From the IMG/VR virus record IMGVR_UViG_3300045049_000079, positions 1-64,000 of that record: a DNA stretch of 64,000 nt. The stretch is one strand, 5' to 3'. Below, in pieces: positions 1 to 10,144 of the stretch. The notes beneath the pieces were generated by a model that was not told the DNA's origin, searched no databases, and saw only the letters and a list, made by a program, of their open reading frames with translations. This DNA is from a virus. Numbering within the stretch: the first letter of the stretch is position 1; each line of letters begins with the position of its first letter. Position numbers and translations under genes: made by a program.

Positions 1-220
1 CGGCAACGATGTCTTTGGTTTTTGCGTTGAAGCGGGCTTTCACGAACTTAGTGATGATCTTTTTATCAATCTTCAGTTCAGAAGCTGCCTCTTCCATAAG
101 AGACTTGAAATCTTGTTTCTGATCGTCCAGTTCAGCCAGAACACCAATGCCACGTTGCAGAAAGCCTGCCAGCTTGGTTACATCAACAGTTCCGATATCG
201 AGGGTAATTGCTTTAGTCAT
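1..220 (-). CDS. dsDNA-binding protein, T4 DsbA / GapR-like (runs off window start)
   Basis: Hand-translated, not in ORF track: MTKAITLDIGTVDVTKLAGFLQRGIGVLAELDDQKQDFKSLMEEAASELKIDKKIITKFVKARF...; AGGAG RBS upstream; helical pattern like DsbA (AKDELGVDGKMF). Confidence 0.6.
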   Translation of the reverse strand, partial: MTKAITLDIGTVDVTKLAGFLQRGIGVLAELDDQKQDFKSLMEEAASELKIDKKIITKFVKARFNAKTKDIVA

Positions 221-843
221 TGTTTCTCCTAAGATTAATAAACTTCGGCGTAAATTTGGCCGAACGGTTGAAAATACAAACTGAAATAATTGCCGGCTGG
301 CATAAAAGCAACAGGGATTAGATCACCATTGCCATTTGTGTCGAACACTCTTTGCACAGAGCCGTTTGCGCGATAGTGCAAGCTTACTCCATCAATTACG
401 GCGGCTTTAACAATTTTGTTATTCATTGATTTCCTCCGCATTAGTAACTTCAAACATCAGCACATTCTTATGATTAAAGAATGCGGCCTCTTCGTTAGCG
501 ACATCAATCCGAAGATAGTTAGCATCCGTGGTATCCACATGAAGAACGTTTTTAATTTTGTGCTTATCATAATCGGTAGTGCACACCAAAACTTCGAGAG
601 CCATTGGTTTCTCCTATATGTTAGGCGAACACTTGCACATGCTGCTTACCATCTTCGCCCGTAAAGCTTGCCCACAGCTTACCCTTGCCGACATACGCAC
701 AAGCATGAAACTCGGCGTTGATGTAGCGGGCAGCTTTCTCTTTCGATGCACCCGTACGCAGAATGGCGTTAACGCGGGTAGCAATCTGTTCCATCATCGT
801 CATAGTATTTCTCCTTAAGTTATTTGTCCCAATCGACAAGAGC

Positions 844-872
844 ATTCTACAGATGAGCCTGCTCTGTGTCAA
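844..872 (-). promoter_or_regulatory. sigma70-like promoter
   Basis: TTGACA-17 nt-TAGAAT on the minus strand, upstream of small ORFs and the dsbA-like gene. Confidence 0.75.
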
Positions 873-887
873 TAGGAATTTTAAGAT

Positions 888-1148
888 TTATTTCAGGGCT
901 TCAAACTGCTCGTCGGTAAGCTTGGTAAGAGCTTTGTAGTCGAAGACATGTTCATATGAAAACGTACTGGCGTTAGCCTTGAAGAATTGCGGCAGAGAGC
1001 GCAGACCTAGCATCTGCATGTGGTGGAATGCATCTTCGTTCTCGTCCACTTTTTCAACCTTAAACGGGATACCTTTTTCCTGAAGAATCCTTGCTGCCTG
1101 CTCGCAATTCGCACAACCCTTCATTGAGAACATAATAATCTTAGCCAT
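888..1148 (-). CDS. glutaredoxin (NrdH-like)
   Basis: CANC motif and LRSLPQ cis-Pro motif; directly downstream of nrdB. Confidence 0.9.
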   Translation of the reverse strand: MAKIIMFSMKGCANCEQAARILQEKGIPFKVEKVDENEDAFHHMQMLGLRSLPQFFKANASTFSYEHVFDYKALTKLTDEQFEALK

Positions 1149-2104
1149 CAATACTCCCATTCACCCGTCAAAGAATCTTTGCTGTACGCGGTGATCGTAC
1201 GTTCAAAGAAGTTGCCAAATACGCCGTCGCCGGTAATATCTTCCACAAACGGAAGAGGATTCTTCTCCACGTTAAACTGTGCCTTGAACCCCATCTGCTG
1301 CATGCGGTAGTCACAGACAAAACGGTTATTCAGCTTAACTTCTGCTGCCGTCATGTTAGGCGGTTGCCAAATCTTGTAGCACAGATCGACAAAGTTGTCC
1401 TCCATCTCCACAACAATACGTGCTGTGCTGTAAATCGTCCGCTTAAATTCTTCCGTGACGACAGAAGGATTCTCTTCTACAAAGATGCGGAATAGGTCAG
1501 ACAGCCCTTCAACGTGCATGGACTCGTCAATAATGCTCCACTGGTTCACACTCACCATGCCCGGCAGCAGGCCAAGACGAGAGAAGTTCAGCAACATAGT
1601 GAACGATGCAAACAGGTTCACGCCTTCCATGAGAATCTGTTTTGCAAGGTATTCAGCAATCCCTTTGTTGGATCGCATGTTTGCTTGCTCAACCATGAAA
1701 TGATGTTTATCCGCCATTTCTTTGTACGACAAGAACTCTGTCATGAATTCCACAGTGTCGTAGCCAAGTGTCTCATTCAGCAGCTTGTAGCCCAACATGT
1801 GCGTCACTTCGCGATTCGCAAACGACAGCAACATCGTACGAGCGTCAGCGTTCTTAAACACTGGCAGAAGCTTCTCAACATAACCTGCACATACGTTAGT
1901 ATCAGCTTGGGTGAACAGACGAAGAATCATTTTAATGAACTCTTTCTGTTCGGGCTTAATCTTCCCACCCTTCCATTGCTCTACATCTTGAGACATGTCT
2001 GCTTCACTCTTTACCCAGTGGGCACGCTCGTGCTTGTCCAGCACTTGTTGCAGCTTCAAATACTTCGGAACGAAGATTTCAGTTGCTTCTGTGATCTTAC
2101 TCAT
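1148..2104 (-). CDS. nrdB: ribonucleotide reductase class I beta subunit
   Basis: FTQAD, ExxH (EVTHMLGY), MEGVNLFASF, DESMH di-metal ligands; NFFERTITAY C-terminus. Confidence 0.95.
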   Translation of the reverse strand: MSKITEATEIFVPKYLKLQQVLDKHERAHWVKSEADMSQDVEQWKGGKIKPEQKEFIKMILRLFTQADTNVCAGYVEKLLPVFKNADARTMLLSFANREVTHMLGYKLLNETLGYDTVEFMTEFLSYKEMADKHHFMVEQANMRSNKGIAEYLAKQILMEGVNLFASFTMLLNFSRLGLLPGMVSVNQWSIIDESMHVEGLSDLFRIFVEENPSVVTEEFKRTIYSTARIVVEMEDNFVDLCYKIWQPPNMTAAEVKLNNRFVCDYRMQQMGFKAQFNVEKNPLPFVEDITGDGVFGNFFERTITAYSKDSLTGEWEY

Positions 2105-2682
2105 TGTCCGTGCCTCTCACTGTAATCTGCTCCTTGTTCATTTAACTCCTTTATCATTTTTAGGCGGAACTCAACCGCCAATTTGAATGCAGGCATCAAG
2201 CCAAGCTTATCAATTGAAAAGCATTTTTGCCTCTGTTTCATCTCTAAGTCTCTCCAACAAGCACACCAATAATACGAGCCTTTACCGTTAGAGATACAAC
2301 TCACACCGCTAACTCCACTCGAATTATTATTCTGCTTTTTCTTATTTCTGCTATTAGTCTTAAGTGTTGTTAACCTCAGATTGGAAATCTTGTTGTTGTG
2401 GCTGTTACCGTCAATATGGTCGATAAACATTCCTTGCAGGTTTCCTTTCAGAAGTGACCAAATTATTCTGTGTACAGCGTAGTCTTTCAAATTAAACATG
2501 ACGTGCCAATAGCGCTTCCCGCCGTTGCTCCCGGCAACACTGCCAGCGGGAAGGCGCGTGTACTTCATTCCTCTGCCGTTCTTAACATCTACTTTCCACC
2601 TTAGACAGCTTGGACTTGTCTCATCATAGTAGAAATATTGCGACCAATCTACGTCGTATTTGCTGTCATTGCTTTGCGCCAT
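2101..2682 (-). CDS. free-standing HNH homing endonuclease between nrdA and nrdB
   Basis: VHRIIW...IDHIDGNSHNNKISNLR HNH motif and AP2-like C-terminal region; own promoter at 2709-2737. Confidence 0.9.
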   Translation of the reverse strand: MAQSNDSKYDVDWSQYFYYDETSPSCLRWKVDVKNGRGMKYTRLPAGSVAGSNGGKRYWHVMFNLKDYAVHRIIWSLLKGNLQGMFIDHIDGNSHNNKISNLRLTTLKTNSRNKKKQNNNSSGVSGVSCISNGKGSYYWCACWRDLEMKQRQKCFSIDKLGLMPAFKLAVEFRLKMIKELNEQGADYSERHGQ

Positions 2683-2708
2683 AAAATCTCCAATATTCTT
2701 AAAAGTGT

Positions 2709-2737
2709 ATTATGACACAAAGCAACAGTTTTGTCAA
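2709..2737 (-). promoter_or_regulatory. sigma70-like promoter for HNH/nrdB
   Basis: TTGACA-17-CATAAT on the minus strand. Confidence 0.65.
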
Positions 2738-2752
2738 GGCTAAGAGTTTGAA

Positions 2753-4600
2753 TCATCCGCCGCAGGCTACGCATTCCTCGGTGGTCCAGTCTACTAACGC
2801 TTTCCTCTCAATCTTTTTAGCGTGGTCTGCACTTCCTTCTCGCTCCGTGCGAAGATAGTACATCGTGAGAACGTTTTTGGCCTTCAAGAATTTTAAATGT
2901 ACAGAGTTAACATACTTACGACTACTACCGAAGGGAAAGAATGTATTCAACGATTGCGCTTGCATCCCTGCGTATTGTCCACGGTGATCTGCCAATTCAA
3001 CAACCCAGTGTTGGTCAATCTCCATAGCCACTTTGAACACTTCTTTCTCGTGCTCAGACAAAAACTCAAGGTGATCTACTTTACCATCGTTCTTGTTGAT
3101 ACTATCCCACACCTCGTCTGTGTTCTGTCCGTACGACTCCAACAGCTTTTCCAGATGCCGGTTCTTCACCTTAAAGTTGCCTGCACGAGTATCCTTCAGG
3201 AAAACATTTCTGAAGTATGGCTCAATACTAGGTGACGTGTCAAGCAGGTCAGCGCTATTCGCATTCGGGGCAATCGCCATCGTGCGACTATTGCGCAAAC
3301 CTGTACCAATCATGTCATCAGGCTCACCACGTTCAACAGCGAGACGACGGCTCTCTTCTTGTGCGCGCTTACTAATTTCGCTGTACAGCATGTTAGTGTG
3401 CATAACTGCACTATTGAAGCCTCCACTCTCAAACGCAATACCTTTGCTTTGCAGGTAGCCATGCCAACCAAGAGTGCCAAGCCCAAGAGCACGCTCTTTC
3501 TCTGCACTAAACTTCGCCTTTCGCATACCATCAGGAGCGTTGTCAATGAAGCTTTGTAGCACGTTGTCAAGAAACCTGATAAGGTCTTCAACAATCTTAG
3601 TGTCCTTCCACTCTTCCCATTTCTCCAGATTCAAGCTGCTGAGGCAGCAAACAAACGTGCGTTCCTCATCAGTCGGCAGAACAATTTCACTGCACAAATT
3701 TGAGCCACGAATCTTAAGACCTTTCGCCTTTTGTGTTTCGGGCATACGACGATTTGCTTCATCAATCTTCAGCAGGTACGGTTCACCAGTGAATGCACGA
3801 GTCTCAAGAATCAGTTCCCACACTTCACGAGCACGCAGAGTGTCACGCACTTCACCAGTGTGAGGGCACTTCAAGTCGTACGTAGTGTCGTTCAGAACAG
3901 CATCAATGAAATCATCTGTAAGATTGACAGCATTGTGAAATTGCTGTCGATTATCACTACGGCGCTTCGTGTCCCCGCCCGGCTTACGAAAGTTAATGTG
4001 CTCAAGAATGTCAGGATGGTCAACATCCATATACACTGCGATCGCACCCTTACGAGTCTTACCTTGGCGATAATATCCGATCGTGCTGTCCAACACTTTC
4101 ATATAAGGAATCGGTCCCGGAGACTTATCACTTACAGCACGGATGCTAATATGCCCACCTGTGCCACCTCCTGCTGTTGAAAGGTCTGCCAGTTCTACCA
4201 TCGCATCCTTTTGGCCTTTCAGCGTATCCGGTACATCGAAAGCAAAACACGAAATAGGTTGTCCAACACTCTTCTCTTCCGCAGTGAATGTGTTTACAAG
4301 GCTCCATAAGCCATGCTTTGCGTAATAGTCCGCTTTAGCGTTCTTAGTCCAAAAACCCTTGCGAGCGTTCGACAGGACAGGACTGGCGTACATAAACCAA
4401 CCGTTATACACATAATCATAAATGCGCTGCGCAAGTTCCATGTCCCCGTAACAGAAAGCTACAGCAGGCCGTGCCAGTGCTTCAGAAATCGTTTCATCGT
4501 CACGTTTGTAGAAACCATCAAGAAGGGTTTTCGAGAATTCCGTAATGTACTTCGGATTTTCCTCGTTAATTAAAATACCTTTGTATGCCTTTTTACTCAT
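2753..4600 (-). CDS. nrdA: ribonucleotide reductase class I alpha subunit (no ATP cone)
   Basis: PISCF, SNLCSEI, VCCLSSLNL, AIAPNANS, TMYYLR, C-terminal CVAC. Confidence 0.97.
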   Translation of the reverse strand: MSKKAYKGILINEENPKYITEFSKTLLDGFYKRDDETISEALARPAVAFCYGDMELAQRIYDYVYNGWFMYASPVLSNARKGFWTKNAKADYYAKHGLWSLVNTFTAEEKSVGQPISCFAFDVPDTLKGQKDAMVELADLSTAGGGTGGHISIRAVSDKSPGPIPYMKVLDSTIGYYRQGKTRKGAIAVYMDVDHPDILEHINFRKPGGDTKRRSDNRQQFHNAVNLTDDFIDAVLNDTTYDLKCPHTGEVRDTLRAREVWELILETRAFTGEPYLLKIDEANRRMPETQKAKGLKIRGSNLCSEIVLPTDEERTFVCCLSSLNLEKWEEWKDTKIVEDLIRFLDNVLQSFIDNAPDGMRKAKFSAEKERALGLGTLGWHGYLQSKGIAFESGGFNSAVMHTNMLYSEISKRAQEESRRLAVERGEPDDMIGTGLRNSRTMAIAPNANSADLLDTSPSIEPYFRNVFLKDTRAGNFKVKNRHLEKLLESYGQNTDEVWDSINKNDGKVDHLEFLSEHEKEVFKVAMEIDQHWVVELADHRGQYAGMQAQSLNTFFPFGSSRKYVNSVHLKFLKAKNVLTMYYLRTEREGSADHAKKIERKALVDWTTEECVACGG

Positions 4601-5180
4601 CAACACTCCCTTCTTTACTCTTACGCTTCTTATACTTTTTTCTTAGCTTCTCAGCAGGCTTCGGATTATTGTACTCTTCTAAGGTCTTGTAACTTCCATC
4701 AGGATTCTGTTGCGACCCTCGGATATGGTACAACAAATCTTCCAGTTGAGCAATCTGATTTGCAATCTTAATTTCCTCATCCTTATACTCTGCATCTTCA
4801 CGCCCCGGCACATTCTCGTCCAACGCATGATCGCCACCATAACCTGAGCATCGAGAGTTCATCGCATACAGTTCCTCGTACAACGATTTGTCTTGAGCCT
4901 GAGCAGCAAGCATAACGTCCTCAAGAGTGCTGTATGGCCCTTTGATGTGTTCCCGTGCAAAATTATGTTCACCAGCAAACATGTATCCAATCTTCACTTC
5001 ATTCGTCAATGTGCGGTGCTGCGCCGCAAATGCATGAATTGCTTTGTTAGTATCGAAGCCAAGCATTCCCAGTACAGCATGAACTTTCTCAATATTGTCA
5101 AGATGGACAAGATCAAATTGCGTCATGCCTTGAAGTGGGTCTGCAAGGAGGAGATCGTACGCGCTAATTACTTTAGACAT
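4593..5180 (-). CDS. hypothetical protein with basic C-terminus
   Basis: ORF in operon context; RBS (GGGGAG) before MSKVIS. Confidence 0.7.
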   Translation of the reverse strand: MSKVISAYDLLLADPLQGMTQFDLVHLDNIEKVHAVLGMLGFDTNKAIHAFAAQHRTLTNEVKIGYMFAGEHNFAREHIKGPYSTLEDVMLAAQAQDKSLYEELYAMNSRCSGYGGDHALDENVPGREDAEYKDEEIKIANQIAQLEDLLYHIRGSQQNPDGSYKTLEEYNNPKPAEKLRKKYKKRKSKEGSVDE

Positions 5181-5181
5181 G

Positions 5182-5631
5182 TTACTCCCCTGTCGATCCG
5201 AAACCTGCTTCACCGCGAACCGTATCAGAAAGCTCATCAGCAACAACAAACTTAACCTGCTCGTACGGAATCACCATGCCTTGTGCGATTTTATCGCCGT
5301 GCTTGACAAGTTTGTTCTTACCAAGAAGATCGTTCGTAAGCTTTACCATAAGCTCTCCTCGGTAATCACTGTCAATAACGCCCACACAGTTCGCAAGCCG
5401 CACATCGTCCTTAAAACCTTGGCCGCTTCGCGAGAACACAAGCATTACATGTTTCTCTGGAATCTCAAACTGAAGGCCTGTCTCCAAAACTGCACTGGAA
5501 ACAAGCTCACGATTGATGGGAAGGCCTCCATGCTTGCCGTACATCTTAATATCAAAACACGCACTGCCTTCCGTTGCATATTCTGGCAATTGCACATCGT
5601 CGTACATCTTCTTAACTTTCACTTCGAGCAT
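5182..5631 (-). CDS. dut: trimeric dUTPase
   Basis: ACFDI, SRSG, GVIDSDYRGE, IAQG and RGEAGFGSTG motifs; start placed at MLEVKV by RBS. Confidence 0.95.
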   Translation of the reverse strand: MLEVKVKKMYDDVQLPEYATEGSACFDIKMYGKHGGLPINRELVSSAVLETGLQFEIPEKHVMLVFSRSGQGFKDDVRLANCVGVIDSDYRGELMVKLTNDLLGKNKLVKHGDKIAQGMVIPYEQVKFVVADELSDTVRGEAGFGSTGE

Positions 5632-5699
5632 ATTCTCTCCCTTTCGCATCTCTGCGAGTACATCAAAACCTTCCATAATCTCCTTGAAGAGATTTCGCT

Positions 5700-5915
5700 T
5701 CATTTCGTCCACCCAAGTTCAACAGCTTTCTGCAAAGCTTTGATGAGGTTTTGTACGTCATAACCTGAGACAAGAATGTAATCTTGTCCGTCGTCTACAA
5801 ATTTGATGTAAGTTCCTCGCCTCTCGATTTGTTTGCAGTGGTCTTGCTCATTGGAAAACACAATAGTGTCAATTTCACCAATCTCGTCACGAATATCGAT
5901 TGTTGCCATTATCAT
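5700..5915 (-). CDS. hypothetical protein
   Basis: ORF abutting neighbours in the operon. Confidence 0.6.
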   Translation of the reverse strand: MIMATIDIRDEIGEIDTIVFSNEQDHCKQIERRGTYIKFVDDGQDYILVSGYDVQNLIKALQKAVELGWTK

Positions 5916-6871
5916 TTCCCCACATTAGTAAGACTCGTAGCAGCCTTATGTTCAGAAACATTCTTGCGTCCACGATTTTGTTTCCCACAAGACAGGCAAT
6001 TATACATCAAATATTCGCATGTGGCAGTGAAATATTTCTTATCAATCTCACTCAGCTTGTCGCTGCCACAGCACACACAGCGAGGTTTGTCAGCAGGACC
6101 ATACAGCGAAACATTAGGATGTGTCTTATACCACGGACGAAGCTTCATGTACAGTTGCTCAAGCACAACTACGTCTTGAATGTTGTACGTCAACATCTCT
6201 TCAAATGCCTCATCGTCCATCTGCATGCACTTCACCCACAACTCAAAGCCACTATGTGACTGCTTACGAGCCAAGCCAAGATATGCAGCAATGTTATCAA
6301 GGCTATTGCTAGGAAAGCGAAACTCTCGCTTAGCCATGCGCAGCGTATCAACAATTTTACTAGGGCTTGGCGGGTTCATCCCAAGGGCCAGCATGCGAGT
6401 CTTGATGAGAGGTACGTCAAAGCGTTCAGCGTTGTGCGCTACCACAAGGTCGGCCTTGTCCATCAGGTCGGCAAGCTCTCGCACAAGACATTCATCGTTT
6501 TCTGCTTCGTAGATGCGATTGCTGTAGATCGTAGGCTCTCCAAGCCACTTTGCAGAGTACGTCAGCAGGTAGCCTTCTTTGATGACTTGCTTCTGTGCCA
6601 CTGTCTGATCGAAACGTCCCCACACGAATGCTTGAGTAGGAGCACATTCAATATCCAGCAGAAGAATCTTAGCACTCTTAGAAACTTCCCCTTCTGCGGG
6701 TTCTACAGCAACCTCGCGGAACTTGAGATACTTGCTCATATGATCCCAAACCGTTGCCCAAGGTTTATCCAGAGTGCGGGCAATCTCACGGAGAGACATT
6801 TCAGGGTGGTCATTCTTCAACTTGCAGGCGAGAACCTTCCATTCGCCAATATACGCTTCTTGTTCGCTCAT
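5912..6871 (-). CDS. DnaQ/RNase H-like (DEDD) exonuclease with N-terminal HTH and C-terminal Zn ribbon
   Basis: SLREIARTLDKPWATV HTH; LLDIE, AHNAERFD, YNIQDV; CVCC...CLSC. Confidence 0.85.
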   Translation of the reverse strand: MSEQEAYIGEWKVLACKLKNDHPEMSLREIARTLDKPWATVWDHMSKYLKFREVAVEPAEGEVSKSAKILLLDIECAPTQAFVWGRFDQTVAQKQVIKEGYLLTYSAKWLGEPTIYSNRIYEAENDECLVRELADLMDKADLVVAHNAERFDVPLIKTRMLALGMNPPSPSKIVDTLRMAKREFRFPSNSLDNIAAYLGLARKQSHSGFELWVKCMQMDDEAFEEMLTYNIQDVVVLEQLYMKLRPWYKTHPNVSLYGPADKPRCVCCGSDKLSEIDKKYFTATCEYLMYNCLSCGKQNRGRKNVSEHKAATSLTNVGK

Positions 6872-7004
6872 TTAACCTCCGGGTTAATACTCTTAAGAAC
6901 CTGCATGGCCTTCAGAGATTGTTCGTACTGACATTGCATCAACAATCGCAATGCTTGAAGTTGTGCAAGAATCTCAGCCAACAATACAGTCTCACGAGTT
7001 TCCA

Positions 7005-7697
7005 TTACACACTCCCTTTCAATTTCCCCATCTCAGCCTTCATCTGCTTCGCTTTAACAAGCTTAGGAGACTCCTCACCTTTTAGCTCAGCAATCTTTTC
7101 TTGCAAGTCTTCTTTGCGTTGCTGGTAGTTGCCGATGAGACGTTCCTTATGAGCAATATCTTGTTGGTTCAGCTTTATAGACTGGTCCAATGCCGCAATT
7201 TGTTCGTTGAAGTCTTTCAGTTGGCGCTCTTGTTCGGGTGTGAGAGGTTTCTTGTCAAGCAGCTTCCAAGTACCTTTCTTGAACTGTCCTTCAAAAGTCT
7301 TTGCTGAGTAAGGTCCATCACTTACTTTACGCTCAACCAGCCCTGCTGCGTTGCACGTGAAGGCGTCCCATTTATCAGTATTCCGTTTGACGAAATACGT
7401 CCAACCAAGGTACTCGAAGTAGAATTCGTCCGGCAGAGAACTTGCAAAGTCCTCCTCCTTCTGCTTCGGCTTGTCTTCAACGATGATCCAATCGCCAAAT
7501 TCTAGACAGACATGCACTTCATGACTATCAAACACAACTCTCGGCAACTCACCAAAAGCGAATGGAAAGCCTCGTGCCCATTTCACTTCGTAATCGCCCC
7601 ATCCGTTAATCTTAACTTCATGCGTGAAGCCTGGATACTTCTTAACGCGCATCTGAAATTTATTTGGTAGTGCAATCTTCTTCGAATCTTGCATCAT
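7005..7697 (-). CDS. hypothetical protein with C-terminal coiled coil
   Basis: 230-aa ORF; heptad-rich C-terminus. Confidence 0.7.
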   Translation of the reverse strand: MMQDSKKIALPNKFQMRVKKYPGFTHEVKINGWGDYEVKWARGFPFAFGELPRVVFDSHEVHVCLEFGDWIIVEDKPKQKEEDFASSLPDEFYFEYLGWTYFVKRNTDKWDAFTCNAAGLVERKVSDGPYSAKTFEGQFKKGTWKLLDKKPLTPEQERQLKDFNEQIAALDQSIKLNQQDIAHKERLIGNYQQRKEDLQEKIAELKGEESPKLVKAKQMKAEMGKLKGSV

Positions 7698-8236
7698 GCT
7701 TTCTCCTTAAGAATTTTACGAATCGCTTCTTTTCGCTGCTCATCGTTCTTGCAATTATACTTGAACTCGCTCAACATTACAAGCAAATCTTTCCTGTTTT
7801 CTTTCTTCATCCAATAGTTGACAAGTTTCTCAAACTTGGCTTCCTCAAACGTCATACCCGGATTCTTCTGTTGCAACGTGTATGCGTCATGGTCATCATT
7901 GCAGAGTACACGAAGATTGTCCACTTCGCAGTAGAGATTGTTGCAGAATTGCCCTACATCATCAATGCTAAGAATGCTACCAGCAGCTACAGGGTAATGA
8001 TCGACAACAACGTCAGCAGCTTTGAACCAGCCCTTGCAAATGGCGCATTGATATTCGTACTTCTGCCGCTTGTTATCACCTTTGTAGGGGCGCCTTGCCA
8101 GTTCTAGTGCATCCGTGCGAGGTTTCCAGCGTAGGCTTTTAGAACGCAGGGCAGAGCGAATCCAAGATAAGAATTGCGATTCGGTCATTGTGCCAGAACA
8201 TCTAGGAAGCTTTTCTTTCGCTGGCTTTTTAGCCAT
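7694..8236 (-). CDS. HNH-type endonuclease (conserved replication-module type)
   Basis: IRSALR...CAIC...VVVDH...NLRVLCNDDH. Confidence 0.75.
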   Translation of the reverse strand: MAKKPAKEKLPRCSGTMTESQFLSWIRSALRSKSLRWKPRTDALELARRPYKGDNKRQKYEYQCAICKGWFKAADVVVDHYPVAAGSILSIDDVGQFCNNLYCEVDNLRVLCNDDHDAYTLQQKNPGMTFEEAKFEKLVNYWMKKENRKDLLVMLSEFKYNCKNDEQRKEAIRKILKEKA

Positions 8237-8592
8237 ACGAATACCCTTCATTCTCATTCTTAACAAGCGCATAAAAGTGAGCATCCAGCACAGCGCAATC
8301 TCTCAAGCAACCGATAAACTTTTTAACAGTTTTACGCTCTGGAGACAACGTGTCGACAACTTTGTACCCGTACCACGTCGACACAACCATGTAGCGTACG
8401 GGGAAGGATTTTTGGTTTGTCATACAACTTTCCCTTCAACAATGTAAGTGCCGTCTTCCACAAACCCGTTGAACTCTTTCTCAGACATGTAGTGCCAAGT
8501 TTCATAGCGGGGGTGAAAGTACTCCTGTTTGAAATAATCGTATGTGTAAAGGTTGGAGTCGGCATCTTTTTCACAGTAGCTGAACATTACTT

Positions 8593-9549
8593 TCATAGTT
8601 CAATCTCCAGTTTTGTAAGAAGCTTACGAGTGTCGAACACATCATTATCAAAACGTTTCATGTGAGCACACGCAGCGTACATATCCATAATTTCGACAAC
8701 ATCCTTAGTGTGCTCTGTGCCGTCCCACGCGGTGTATGTTACAGGTTGAGGATACCACTTCTTGTATTGGTTGTACACTGCTTGTACAGCGCTCTTATCA
8801 TCATTACAATCTTTAAGCAAATTGCAGCATGCTACATCACCAAACTTTTTCTTAGCAATTTCGGACGGTTTAAATGCATCTACGGGGTCTCCCATCACCC
8901 ATTGGGCATAGAACCATTTCCGCCCTTTGCCACGAAGCTTCTTATCCTCGTCTAACTCGATTTCACCAAAACCTTTGATACGTTCCGGCTTATCCATCTT
9001 GGTCCAGTTGTACAGCCAAGAATCAACACCATAGCTATCTTTGTCAAGACTGATAACAATGTTCTTAGTTCCTTGTTTGAAACCTTCGTAAGCTCTGTGC
9101 GCAAGCCTGTCGTCTGCTTCCATGCCATCTACAGGAATAGCACCGTGACGCTTCACCAAGTACTCTCTGCACTCTTTCAACTGTACAGGTCGAATGTTGC
9201 CTTCTCGCGTTCCTTTATATCGACTTGGAAGGGGTAGCTCATCTCTAAAGTTTCCTTCACCGCTGATGTATATCTCGTAAGAATCGGCTTCACACTTTTT
9301 CATCCAAGCTTCGATACAAGTGTTGATGGCATGATAAGCATGGCTCAGGTCTTCGCATGTTTGTACATCTTCAATGTCGAATTCAGATTCTTCAAAGCTT
9401 CCACGGATGTGCTCGCGGAAAGCTGTGCGATGTGCGTGCTCAGTTTGTTGTCCTGTTACTTTATGCGTTACACGGATGCTGCGAGTTTCGTTGGCAGCGG
9501 CACAGCGAAAACTTAGGATATCGCCGTCAATGATTAAGATTGTTTTCAT
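8593..9549 (-). CDS. 5'-3' exonuclease (T7 gp6/FEN-like)
   Basis: IIDGD, NFR...YKGTR, MEADD, SLDKD, MGDPVD motifs. Confidence 0.9.
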   Translation of the reverse strand: MKTILIIDGDILSFRCAAANETRSIRVTHKVTGQQTEHAHRTAFREHIRGSFEESEFDIEDVQTCEDLSHAYHAINTCIEAWMKKCEADSYEIYISGEGNFRDELPLPSRYKGTREGNIRPVQLKECREYLVKRHGAIPVDGMEADDRLAHRAYEGFKQGTKNIVISLDKDSYGVDSWLYNWTKMDKPERIKGFGEIELDEDKKLRGKGRKWFYAQWVMGDPVDAFKPSEIAKKKFGDVACCNLLKDCNDDKSAVQAVYNQYKKWYPQPVTYTAWDGTEHTKDVVEIMDMYAACAHMKRFDNDVFDTRKLLTKLEIEL

Positions 9550-9563
9550 AAACCTCCTAAACG

Positions 9564-9592
9564 AAAACCCTGCACCCTCTCGGATACAGGGT
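9564..9592 (-). terminator. probable intrinsic terminator
   Basis: ACCCTG...CAGGGT stem followed by a T run on the minus strand. Confidence 0.5.
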
Positions 9593-9597
9593 AATTG

Positions 9598-10137
9598 TCA
9601 ATCGCTTTGCTTCCAGCGACTTCCTTTTTCAGTCGTTTCTAACAACAAACGGTCTTGTTCGTGATCATAGTCTCGATGAACTTCTGCGTGATGCTTGGTG
9701 CAGAGCCAGATCACATCTAAAGGCATGTCATAATGAACATGGTGCCCCTCTATGTTTTCGGTAGTTCCGCATACCCAGCAAGGCCACTTTTCGAGCTTGC
9801 CGCTCTGTAGAGCACTTGCAACTGCCGTTGTAGCTGCCTTTTTCTTTGCATCGTATTCCGACGACCAAACCTTTTTGTAAGCTTTAATCTTGGCTTTTCT
9901 TGCAGGCTTGGACTCGTTAACTTTTCTATACTCCTTGCGATGCTCTGAAGTACTCCTTATGCGGTCATAAGCATTATAGTAATGTTCTCTTTTCTTACGG
10001 TTTTCACGCACGTCTCGTTTGTTGCATTCCTTACACTTGTTTACATGCCCATCTAGCATTTCTGGATGTTTGTAAAAGTCGGAGAGAGGTTTAGTCTCTC
10101 CACACTTAAAGCACGCCTTAGTTACTGGCGCATCCAT
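9598..10137 (-). CDS. HNH homing endonuclease with N-terminal Cys4 domain
   Basis: CFKC...CKEC; CWVC...EGHHVHY...WLCTKHHAEVH. Confidence 0.8.
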   Translation of the reverse strand: MDAPVTKACFKCGETKPLSDFYKHPEMLDGHVNKCKECNKRDVRENRKKREHYYNAYDRIRSTSEHRKEYRKVNESKPARKAKIKAYKKVWSSEYDAKKKAATTAVASALQSGKLEKWPCWVCGTTENIEGHHVHYDMPLDVIWLCTKHHAEVHRDYDHEQDRLLLETTEKGSRWKQSD

Positions 10138-10144
10138 TCACACC

